Source: Candidatus Nomurabacteria bacterium
GTDB taxonomy: Bacteria; Patescibacteriota; Minisyncoccia; Phycocordibacterales; UBA9973
NCBI GenBank assembly: GCA_023267195.1
Contig: JAHFNT010000005.1
Span: 14,875-78,874 of the forward strand
Length of the DNA: 64,000 nt
Direction: 5' to 3'
Shown: positions 57,587 to 64,000 of the stretch, piece after piece
Layout of the letters: each line of letters begins with the position of its first letter
Position numbering within the stretch: the stretch's first letter is position 1
Notes under the pieces: model-generated
What the model saw: only the letters and a program-made list of their open reading frames with translations
Database searches by the model: none
What the model was told of the DNA's origin: nothing
Made by a program: the position numbers and the translations under genes

Positions 57587-59995
57587 ATGACAGAAGAAAA
57601 AAATTTTGTTAAGTGGTATAGCGAGGTAGGTATTGCCGACGTTCCTGTCGTGGGGGGTAAAAATGCGGCGCTCGGTGAGATGTATGCAAACCTCGTGCCG
57701 CTTGGAGTAAACATACCAGATGGTTTTGCGTTGACCGCAGATGCCTATAGGCACTTTTTCAAAAGTACTGGTTTAGATGAAAAAATAAAAGAAATTCTGG
57801 CGGATCTTGATACAAGTGACATGCGCAATCTGCAAATTCGAGGCAAGAAAATTCGCAAGGAAATTTTAAAAGCTGATTTACCAGAAGACCTGAAAGATAT
57901 AATCGCGAAGTCTTACGAAGAATTGTGTCAGAAATATGGAAAGGATAGTGATGTGGCGGTGCGCTCCTCAGCTACGGCAGAGGATTTACCTGGTGCCTCT
58001 TTTGCTGGTCAGCAAGAGACTTATCTTAATGTTCATGGTATAGACAATGTTCTTATTGCGACCAAGAAATGCATTGCTTCGCTTTTTACTGATCGTGCTA
58101 TTTCTTATCGTAAAGATAAAGGATTTTCGCATTTTGAGGCGGCTCTTTCGGTAGGCATACAGATTATGGTTCGGTCTGATCTGTCGTCTTCGGGAGTAGC
58201 CTTCACGATTGATACAGAAACTGGTTTTGACAAAGTTATCGTTATCAATGGTATCTATGGTCTCGGGGAGTTTATCGTACAGGGCAAAGTCATTCCAGAT
58301 GAGTTTATGGTTTTTAAGCCGTCACTTGATAATGGCGTCAGCAATCCAATTATCGGTAAAAGTATTGGTCAGAAAAATATTAAATTAGTTTATGCAAAAA
58401 ACGGTACTAAGCAAGAAAAAGTTTCGCCTAGAGATCAGCAGAAATTTTGCCTGACAGACGAAGAGGTTGTGAAGCTGGCGAAATGGTGTTACGAGGTGGA
58501 AAAATATTTCTCGCAAAAGCATGGCCATTATCAACCAATGGATTTGGAGTGGGCAAAAAATGGCAAGACCGGCGAGCTTTTTATTGTGCAAGCTAGGCCC
58601 GAGACAGTTATTTCGTCACTAGATAAAAATATTTTAAAAGAATACAAATTGCAAAAAACGAGCAGAGTTTTAGCTAGCGGAATTGCTGTTGGTTTAAAAA
58701 TTGGCAGTGGCAAGGTTCGCATTTTGCATAACGCTAAAAATATTAATGATTTTCAAAAAGGGGAAGTTTTGGTAACTGAGATCACTGATCCAGACTGGGA
58801 ACCAATTATGAAAATTGCGAGCGCGATCGTGACCGATAAAGGTGGACGTACCTCTCATGCGGCGATCGTTTCCCGCGAATTGGGTATTCCTTGTATCGTA
58901 GGAGCCAATAATGCCACTAAAGCACTCAAAAAAGGGCAGGAGGTTACCGTAGATGCCTCCCTCGGGCAAGTTGGCAATGTATATGAAGGCATTATTCCTT
59001 TTGAAATTATTGAACATCGCCTGGATAAAATACCAAAAGTAGCAACCAAGATTATGGTCAACATCGGTTCTCCCGACGAAGCGTTTAAAAGCCATGCCTT
59101 GCCGGCCGAAGGGGTTGGTTTGGGTAGGCTAGAGTTTATTATCGCTTCGCATGTTCGCTTCCACCCGAATGCGCTGATTGATTATCAAAAGTTAAAGCTT
59201 GGCAAGCAAACTCCATACATCAAAAAATTAATTAAAGAAATTGATAATTTGACGCCTCTATATAAAGACAAAACAGATTTTTATGTGGACCAGCTTGCGC
59301 TTGGTATCGCGAAGGTTGCCGCTACGTTTTACCCACATCCGGTCATTATCCGTTTTTCCGATTTTAAAACCAATGAGTACCGCACTCTCTTGGGTGGGGA
59401 ATTGTACGAGCCCCATGAAGAGAATCCGATGTTGGGTTGGCGCGGGGCATCTAGATATTATGATCCAAAATTCAAAACGGCTTTTGGTCTTGAGTGTAAG
59501 GCGATGCAGAAAGTCCGAACGGAAATGGGTTTTACAAATGTGGTTCCGATGATTCCATTTTGTCGAACTCCCGAGGAAGGTAAAAAGGTAATTGAGACAA
59601 TGAAAGAATTTGGTTTGGATAAAGCGCAAGATAATACTTTGAAGGTTTATGTCATGTGTGAAATTCCTTCAAATATTCTGCTAGCGGATGAATTTTTGGA
59701 GATTTTTGATGGTATGTCTATCGGTTCAAATGATCTGACTCAACTTACACTCGGGCTCGATCGTGATTCTGGCATAGTTACTCATATTGCGAACGAAAAC
59801 AATGGAGCAGTTAAGAAGCTGATCGCAGAGATTATTCACAAGTGCAAAGAAAAAGGGAAGTATATTGGTATTTGTGGGCAGGCGCCTTCGGATTATCCAG
59901 ATTTTGCCAAGTTTTTGGTAAGTGAAGGCATCGAAAGTATTTCCCTCAATCCGGATACAGTTATCAAAATAATTTTGGCACTTTCAAATAAGTAA
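57587..59995 (+). CDS. ppsA: phosphoenolpyruvate synthase (pyruvate, water dikinase)
   Basis: DVPVVGGKNAALGEMY N-terminus, phospho-His domain GGRTSHAAIVSRELGIPCIVG, and a C-terminal PEP-utilising TIM barrel. 802 aa. Confidence 0.85.
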   Translation: MTEEKNFVKWYSEVGIADVPVVGGKNAALGEMYANLVPLGVNIPDGFALTADAYRHFFKSTGLDEKIKEILADLDTSDMRNLQIRGKKIRKEILKADLPEDLKDIIAKSYEELCQKYGKDSDVAVRSSATAEDLPGASFAGQQETYLNVHGIDNVLIATKKCIASLFTDRAISYRKDKGFSHFEAALSVGIQIMVRSDLSSSGVAFTIDTETGFDKVIVINGIYGLGEFIVQGKVIPDEFMVFKPSLDNGVSNPIIGKSIGQKNIKLVYAKNGTKQEKVSPRDQQKFCLTDEEVVKLAKWCYEVEKYFSQKHGHYQPMDLEWAKNGKTGELFIVQARPETVISSLDKNILKEYKLQKTSRVLASGIAVGLKIGSGKVRILHNAKNINDFQKGEVLVTEITDPDWEPIMKIASAIVTDKGGRTSHAAIVSRELGIPCIVGANNATKALKKGQEVTVDASLGQVGNVYEGIIPFEIIEHRLDKIPKVATKIMVNIGSPDEAFKSHALPAEGVGLGRLEFIIASHVRFHPNALIDYQKLKLGKQTPYIKKLIKEIDNLTPLYKDKTDFYVDQLALGIAKVAATFYPHPVIIRFSDFKTNEYRTLLGGELYEPHEENPMLGWRGASRYYDPKFKTAFGLECKAMQKVRTEMGFTNVVPMIPFCRTPEEGKKVIETMKEFGLDKAQDNTLKVYVMCEIPSNILLADEFLEIFDGMSIGSNDLTQLTLGLDRDSGIVTHIANENNGAVKKLIAEIIHKCKEKGKYIGICGQAPSDYPDFAKFLVSEGIESISLNPDTVIKIILALSNK

Positions 59996-60004
59996 AAATT
60001 AATG

Positions 60005-60075
60005 TGCGAGTAGGGGGAATCGAACCCCCGTCTAATCCTTGGGAAGGACTCATTCTACCACTAAACCATACTCGC
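60005..60075 (-). tRNA. tRNA-Gly (anticodon CCC)
   Basis: A 71-nt cloverleaf folded by hand. 7-bp acceptor stem GCGAGTA/TACTCGC. Anticodon loop UUCCCAA with U33 and A37. T-arm GGGGG-TTCGATT-CCCCC. No encoded CCA. Confidence 0.8.
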
Positions 60076-60106
60076 TTATAAGAGAATATAACTTTATTTA
60101 AACTGC

Positions 60107-60125
60107 TTGACAAGTATGCTATAAT
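60107..60125 (+). promoter_or_regulatory. putative promoter with extended -10 (TGcTATAAT) upstream of the glutaredoxin-like gene
   Basis: TGCTATAAT at 60117-60125, ~33 nt upstream of the ATG at 60158. The nearby TTGACA (60107-60112) is too close to act as a -35. Confidence 0.35.
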
Positions 60126-60157
60126 TTAAATATTAGAAAATAAATGAAGAAAAATTT

Positions 60158-60403
60158 ATGCCCAACACAATGCCAGCCGTAACAATCTATTCAACCCCAA
60201 CTTGCCATTTTTGCCATATGGCTAAAGATTTTTTTACCAAAAACGGTATTGTTTACACAGAATATAACGTAGCGAGTGATTTAGAAAAACGCAAAGAAAT
60301 GGTAGAAAAGTCTGGCCAGCTGGGCGTGCCTGTTATTATTATCGGCGATGAACTTACGGTGGGTTTTAATCAGCCTAAAATTGCGGGATTACTCGGGTTG
60401 TAG
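60158..60403 (+). CDS. glutaredoxin-like protein (NrdH/Grx, CHFC active site)
   Basis: 81 aa. VTIYSTPTCHFCHMAKDFF, GVP motif (GQLGVPVIII). Thioredoxin fold. Confidence 0.8.
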   Translation: MPNTMPAVTIYSTPTCHFCHMAKDFFTKNGIVYTEYNVASDLEKRKEMVEKSGQLGVPVIIIGDELTVGFNQPKIAGLLGL

Positions 60404-60409
60404 GGCTTG

Positions 60410-60481
60410 TGTCCTCGGCAGGAATCGAACCTGCAATTACTCCTTAGGACGGAGTCGTTATATCCATTTAACTACGAAGAC
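60410..60481 (-). tRNA. tRNA-Arg (anticodon CCU)
   Basis: A 72-nt cloverleaf. Acceptor stem GTCTTCG/CGAGGAC, D-arm GTTA/TAAC, anticodon stem ACTCC/GGAGT with loop GUCCUAA, T-arm GCAGG-TTCGATT-CCTGC. Confidence 0.8.
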
Positions 60482-60554
60482 TATCTGTATAATCTAGCAC
60501 AGAAAGGCCCCTTTTGAAATTGGTATTTCATTGGTTTATGCTATAATAACAACT

Positions 60555-61352
60555 ATGAATATTGATGGAAAGAAAAATTCACTTGAATTGCCAAGACGAG
60601 ACCTGCGTGGTTTGCATGAAGCGAGAACTGGCGATATTCCATTTGAACAACCTTCAGTTGGATTTATTACATTGAAAGACAAAATTGAAACCAGCTCCGA
60701 CGTTTCTTCGGTGGATTTAGAAGATGCCCTTGTTTCCAAGGATCCTAATATAAAAATTAATGAGTTAGAGTGTTTCGCTTTGATGCGCATGCTTCTCAAG
60801 AGGACAGAAGCGGAAAGAGAAATGTTTAAAGGACAGGCTATTCTCGACGGGTTAACTGGTGTTTTGAATCGTCGTGGTCTTGACCAAGAATTAAATGAAG
60901 TAAAAGAAAGATTAAAACACACAAAAGAAGGAGTTGAAAAACGTAAATCACACCCTGGTCATGTTTTATTTTTTATAGTTGATGTTAATGACTTCAAGAA
61001 AATAAATGATACATATGGCCATGATAAGGGAGACGAAGCCTTGAAATTGGTTGCCTCGTGTTTAAAAGAAGAAGCTATCGAAAGAGGTGGCAAAGCCGCC
61101 AGAGTGGGAGGTGATGAGTTTGCAATTTTAGAAGAAAGTTCTGTGGGTTGTACTACTACCGAAGCCCAAGTAATCTCTTCAAGAATTGAAGAAAAAATAA
61201 ATTCTCTTTTATTTGTGTTAGATGATGATGGGAAAGAGGTTCGTTTTACGGTTTCGATTGGAGGTGCGGTTTTGAACAGCGGTGAGGATAGAACGATTGA
61301 TCAATTAAAAAAAGAGGCCGATACTGCGATGTATAAAAGAAAGAGCCGTTAA
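60555..61352 (+). CDS. GGDEF-domain diguanylate cyclase
   Basis: The C-terminal domain has LDGLTGVLNRRG, VDVNDFKKINDTYGHDKGD and the active-site RVGGDEFAIL (GGDEF variant). The N-terminal ~90 aa are unassigned. The ATG at 60555 is preferred over the TTG at 60531. Confidence 0.8.
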   Translation: MNIDGKKNSLELPRRDLRGLHEARTGDIPFEQPSVGFITLKDKIETSSDVSSVDLEDALVSKDPNIKINELECFALMRMLLKRTEAEREMFKGQAILDGLTGVLNRRGLDQELNEVKERLKHTKEGVEKRKSHPGHVLFFIVDVNDFKKINDTYGHDKGDEALKLVASCLKEEAIERGGKAARVGGDEFAILEESSVGCTTTEAQVISSRIEEKINSLLFVLDDDGKEVRFTVSIGGAVLNSGEDRTIDQLKKEADTAMYKRKSR

Positions 61353-61393
61353 GAATCCTTTTGTTTTATAAAAAAATATGCTAAATTATCTCC

Positions 61394-61666
61394 ATGGATC
61401 CTGAATCCAAAAAATTATTAGAGGCGACTTTTGAGCTTGCCGAAGAGAACAATAAAATGCTTCGCAAGGTGCGGAGTATCCAAAAATGGGGAGTTTTTTG
61501 GCACTCACTCAAAATGATTCTAATAATTGGAGTTACGTTGGGGGCTTTTTATTTTCTGGAGCCCTATGTAAACAAAATGGTAGACCTGTATAATTCAATT
61601 TCTGGCACAGCCGAGAAACTGAATACTACCAGGGATTCATTTCAAGAGTTTTTGAAGAAATTTTAA
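61394..61666 (+). CDS. hypothetical small membrane protein
   Basis: 90 aa with one central TM helix. No family recognised. Confidence 0.35.
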   Translation: MDPESKKLLEATFELAEENNKMLRKVRSIQKWGVFWHSLKMILIIGVTLGAFYFLEPYVNKMVDLYNSISGTAEKLNTTRDSFQEFLKKF

Positions 61667-61670
61667 ATTT

Positions 61671-61742
61671 GCCTGGGTAGCTCAGTAGTAGAGCTCTCCC
61701 CTGAAGAGGGATAGGTCGGCAGTGCGATTCTGCCCCCAGGCA
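61671..61742 (+). tRNA. tRNA-Phe (anticodon GAA), atypical D/T loops
   Basis: Acceptor stem GCCTGGG/CCCAGGC. Anticodon loop CUGAAGA with U33 and G37. T-arm GGCAG-TGCGATT-CTGCC. G at position 55 and a 7-nt D-loop are unusual, so this could be a divergent or pseudo-tRNA. Confidence 0.6.
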
Positions 61743-61761
61743 CAAAAGCGGAGCTTTTGTG
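61741..61761. terminator. perfect 9-bp-stem hairpin (CACAAAAGC-GGA-GCTTTTGTG) between convergent tRNA-Phe and hsp20
   Basis: The inverted repeat overlaps the tRNA 3' end and lies 15 nt from the hsp20 stop. No clear U-tract on either side. Confidence 0.35.
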
Positions 61762-61775
61762 AGTCCGTAGATAAA

Positions 61776-62249
61776 TTAGATTGATCTCACTTTTACGTTA
61801 TTCCTTTTTTCCTTGTCCACTTTTTTGATTTTGATGGTCACAAGGCCATGCTTTTCGGTGGCCTCGACTTCTTCCGGTTCTACTTCGGCGGGAAGCGAGA
61901 TGGTGCGGGAAAACTTTCCCCAATAAAGCTCTTTTCTAAAATAGTTTTCTTCATCTATGGTTCTAGACTCTTCTCGTTTGCCACTTATAGTAAACATGTC
62001 TCTAGAAATTGAGAGTTCCAAATCTTCTGGTTTTACCCCAGCAGTCATCGCTTGAATTACTATTTCTGTGGGGGTCTGATATACATCAATAGACAACTCT
62101 GCTTCATCGTTTTCTTCTTCAATCCAATTGCCATTGCCTTTTTTATCTCCATTTTTACCTTTTACCACTCCGTATTCTCCCTCTTTTTCTTCTTCGATTC
62201 CCATGCTACCCGTTAATCTCTCAAAAAAACTTCTTTTTTTATTATTCAT
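61776..62249 (-). CDS. Hsp20/alpha-crystallin family small heat-shock protein
   Basis: ACD domain (IDVYQTPTEIVIQAMTAGVKPEDLELSI...G.F.R...LP) with a C-terminal extension. Confidence 0.8.
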   Translation of the reverse strand: MNNKKRSFFERLTGSMGIEEEKEGEYGVVKGKNGDKKGNGNWIEEENDEAELSIDVYQTPTEIVIQAMTAGVKPEDLELSISRDMFTISGKREESRTIDEENYFRKELYWGKFSRTISLPAEVEPEEVEATEKHGLVTIKIKKVDKEKRNNVKVRSI

Positions 62250-62268
62250 AACTATAAATTATATTTTT

Positions 62269-62970
62269 CTAATAATCCTCACTCAGTCTTCTTACTTTTT
62301 CAAAAAGTAGCATAACAATAATTGTGACGACCCACAAAAATGCAAATACTTTTAAAAAATCTCCGCCGTTGTTTCTCATTATAAAAAAATTAAAGGTACT
62401 ATGCAAGGCTATGGCCACTATAAATCCGACAGCCAGATGCCATTCCTTTTTAAAATTTCCCGCATGGAGCGAGATTCCCATAGCAATACCCAAGATACCA
62501 GAGGAAACAGCGTGCAGTAGTGTGGACCCAAGGAATCTAAGCTGGCCAGTGAGCAAGCCCACCACTGTATCACTCGCTAGGAATGGTTTAACTAAAAACA
62601 GTGTATTTTCAAGCGCCGCAAAGCCCAAAGCGGCTGTAATCATATAAATAGGCCAATCTATCGGTTTATCAGCATTGTGTGTTTTATAAAGGACAAGAAG
62701 AACAGCCAGATATTTTAATATTTCTTCTGCGCTGGCCCAAAGTACCAACTCTAATTCATTGGAGTTTATGTTTGTTTGTATAAATTTTTGGATAGGCAAG
62801 ACTATTAGCACCGCCAGCATGCCCATAATGAATACTATGGTAAGCAGCCCAGATGGCTCAGGGTACTCATCATCTTCTTTAAGCCAGAACCAGAGCCACA
62901 AAAGCGAGGGAATAATTCCAGTCAGAAGCGCCAAAGCCAAAATTTTTGGATCAGTTGTTAAAAGGGTCAT
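62269..62970 (-). CDS. PrsW-family intramembrane metalloprotease
   Basis: Polytopic. EEILKYLAV (EExxK), FAALENTLF and HSTFNFF (HxxxN/D) motifs of the PrsW/CPBP family. The ATG at 62970 forms an ATGA overlap with the valS stop. Confidence 0.65.
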   Translation of the reverse strand: MTLLTTDPKILALALLTGIIPSLLWLWFWLKEDDEYPEPSGLLTIVFIMGMLAVLIVLPIQKFIQTNINSNELELVLWASAEEILKYLAVLLVLYKTHNADKPIDWPIYMITAALGFAALENTLFLVKPFLASDTVVGLLTGQLRFLGSTLLHAVSSGILGIAMGISLHAGNFKKEWHLAVGFIVAIALHSTFNFFIMRNNGGDFLKVFAFLWVVTIIVMLLFEKVRRLSEDY

Positions 62971-64000
62971 AAATCCTGAGAGCCTTCGAAGGGCCATTGT
63001 TCGATCATTAGCAATTTTTTATTCTTTGAAGGCAGCATCGACCAGATTTCTTCGGTAACGAAGGGGACGAAAGGATGCAAAATTTTTATACAGTCTTCCC
63101 AAATCAATAAAAGTGTCGGTAATAATTCAGGTTGCTTTTTACTTTCTTCTACAAGTTCATCGGCAAATCGGTGCCAGGCGTATTGATATATTTTCTCACT
63201 TGCTAAATGGAAGCGATAATTTTCCATGTCAGAAGTTATATCTTTTTTGATTTTATCAAATTCCAAAGTTAATTCATTTTTAATATTTTCTTGTCTGGTT
63301 ACTTTGTGTTTCTCCATGTTTTCTAAAATAAATCGTGTGATATTCCAAATTTTATTTGCAAAATTTTTATAGGCCTTAAGTTTATCATTGCCAAGTTTAC
63401 TATCGGATCCAGGGCCTACTCCTACAATGAGAGCCATTCGGAGGGCGTCAGTGCCATATGCGTTGACAATATCGAGCGGGTCAATATTTCCACCAAGTGA
63501 CTTGCTTATTTTTTCTCCTTTTTCATTTCGCACAAGCCCGTGCAAATATACAGTTTTAAATGGAACTTCACCGAGGAGAAATTGCGACATGAGTATCATG
63601 CGTGCAACCCAAAAGAAAAGAATGTCATAGCCTGTTTCCAGTACGTCTGTTGGGTGATAAACTTTTAGATCATTTGTTTCATCCGGCCAGCCTAGCGTAG
63701 AAAAGGTCCAGAGTCCAGAGGAGAACCACGTATCGAGTGTGTCTTCGTCCTGAGTCCAGCCACTTTCTTTTGGCGCTTCGGTATCGCAATAAATTTCTTC
63801 TCCTTTATACCACACAGGGATTCTATGCCCATACCAAAGCTGTCTAGAGATACACCAATCACGAAGATTGTCGATCCAGTTGAAATAAATACGTTCAAAA
63901 TTGTTTGGCAATATTTTAATCTTGCTTTCTCGCACTGGTTCGAGCATTAATTCCTTGAGTGTTTTGTTGCCGCGCGATTCAATTTTTTTGTTTACATTTA
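62967..64000 (-). CDS. valS: valyl-tRNA synthetase, C-terminal part (5' end beyond window)
   Basis: DWCISRQLWYGHRIPVWY (ValRS CP1-proximal motif), KMSKS as KISKSLGN, and anticodon-binding helices. No in-frame stop between 63947 and the window edge. Confidence 0.85.
   Translation of the reverse strand, partial: NVNKKIESRGNKTLKELMLEPVRESKIKILPNNFERIYFNWIDNLRDWCISRQLWYGHRIPVWYKGEEIYCDTEAPKESGWTQDEDTLDTWFSSGLWTFSTLGWPDETNDLKVYHPTDVLETGYDILFFWVARMILMSQFLLGEVPFKTVYLHGLVRNEKGEKISKSLGGNIDPLDIVNAYGTDALRMALIVGVGPGSDSKLGNDKLKAYKNFANKIWNITRFILENMEKHKVTRQENIKNELTLEFDKIKKDITSDMENYRFHLASEKIYQYAWHRFADELVEESKKQPELLPTLLLIWEDCIKILHPFVPFVTEEIWSMLPSKNKKLLMIEQWPFEGSQDL

Noticed and set aside
60076-60157. TTGACA at 60107 only 4 nt from the TGcTATAAT box
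   Set aside because: The spacing is incompatible with a -35/-10 pair. Only the extended -10 element is reported, as a tentative promoter.
1-64000. Mobile elements, prophage, CRISPR-Cas, toxin-antitoxin or defence islands
   Set aside because: No transposase, integrase, recombinase, Cas, restriction-modification or phage structural signatures were seen in any frame. The tRNA cluster lacks an adjacent integrase.

Overview
This 64 kb window is a densely coding, low-GC bacterial chromosomal segment. Gene content suggests a reduced-genome, Gram-positive-like CPR/Patescibacteria-type organism (inference): a split transketolase, a minimal YchF, Wzy_C+TPR and lamin-tail-domain proteins, and many small membrane ORFs. 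I see no transposase, integrase, CRISPR array or rRNA.

Most of the window is housekeeping:
- Translation and replication core: hpf, fmt, def, hisS, lepB, pth, dnaE, leuS, lepA, valS (partial).
- Central carbon metabolism: gap; a non-oxidative pentose-phosphate cluster (rpiB, rpe, transketolase in two halves, a PfkB kinase); and a glycerate-to-PEP cluster (2-hydroxyacid dehydrogenase, MOFRL glycerate kinase, eno, ppsA).
- A threonine catabolism pair, tdh-kbl.
- Envelope genes: murJ, an MsbA-like ABC exporter, a Wzy_C/TPR protein, ftsB-like.
- Three tRNAs: Gly-CCC, Arg-CCT, and a Phe-GAA with an atypical T-loop.

The regions most worth follow-up, in coordinate order:
- A copper/thiol-redox island at 22545-29837. 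A near-textbook CsoR operator (an 18-bp perfect palindrome) sits between a TTGACA -35 box and a TATACT -10 box. It is followed by csoR, copA and an unannotated Met/Gly-rich micropeptide. Next come a DUF1573 protein, CcdA, a secreted protein with a CC...C motif, an HMA-domain-fused DsbD_2/TauE-like permease and a cupredoxin-like protein. I read this as a possibly undescribed extracytoplasmic copper-handling module.
- A compact extracytosolic flavinylation module at 34420-37230: FMN-binding protein, ApbE flavin transferase, and a polytopic-membrane protein fused to an FNR-like FAD/NAD(P)-binding domain.
- A 900-aa beta-propeller-like repeat protein with a C-terminal peptidoglycan-binding domain. 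It is built from near-identical ~141-bp DNA repeats.
- A leucyl-tRNA synthetase carrying a complete Nudix hydrolase box (GX5EX7REVLEETGY) as a ~150-aa insertion at the C-terminal end of its CP1 editing domain.
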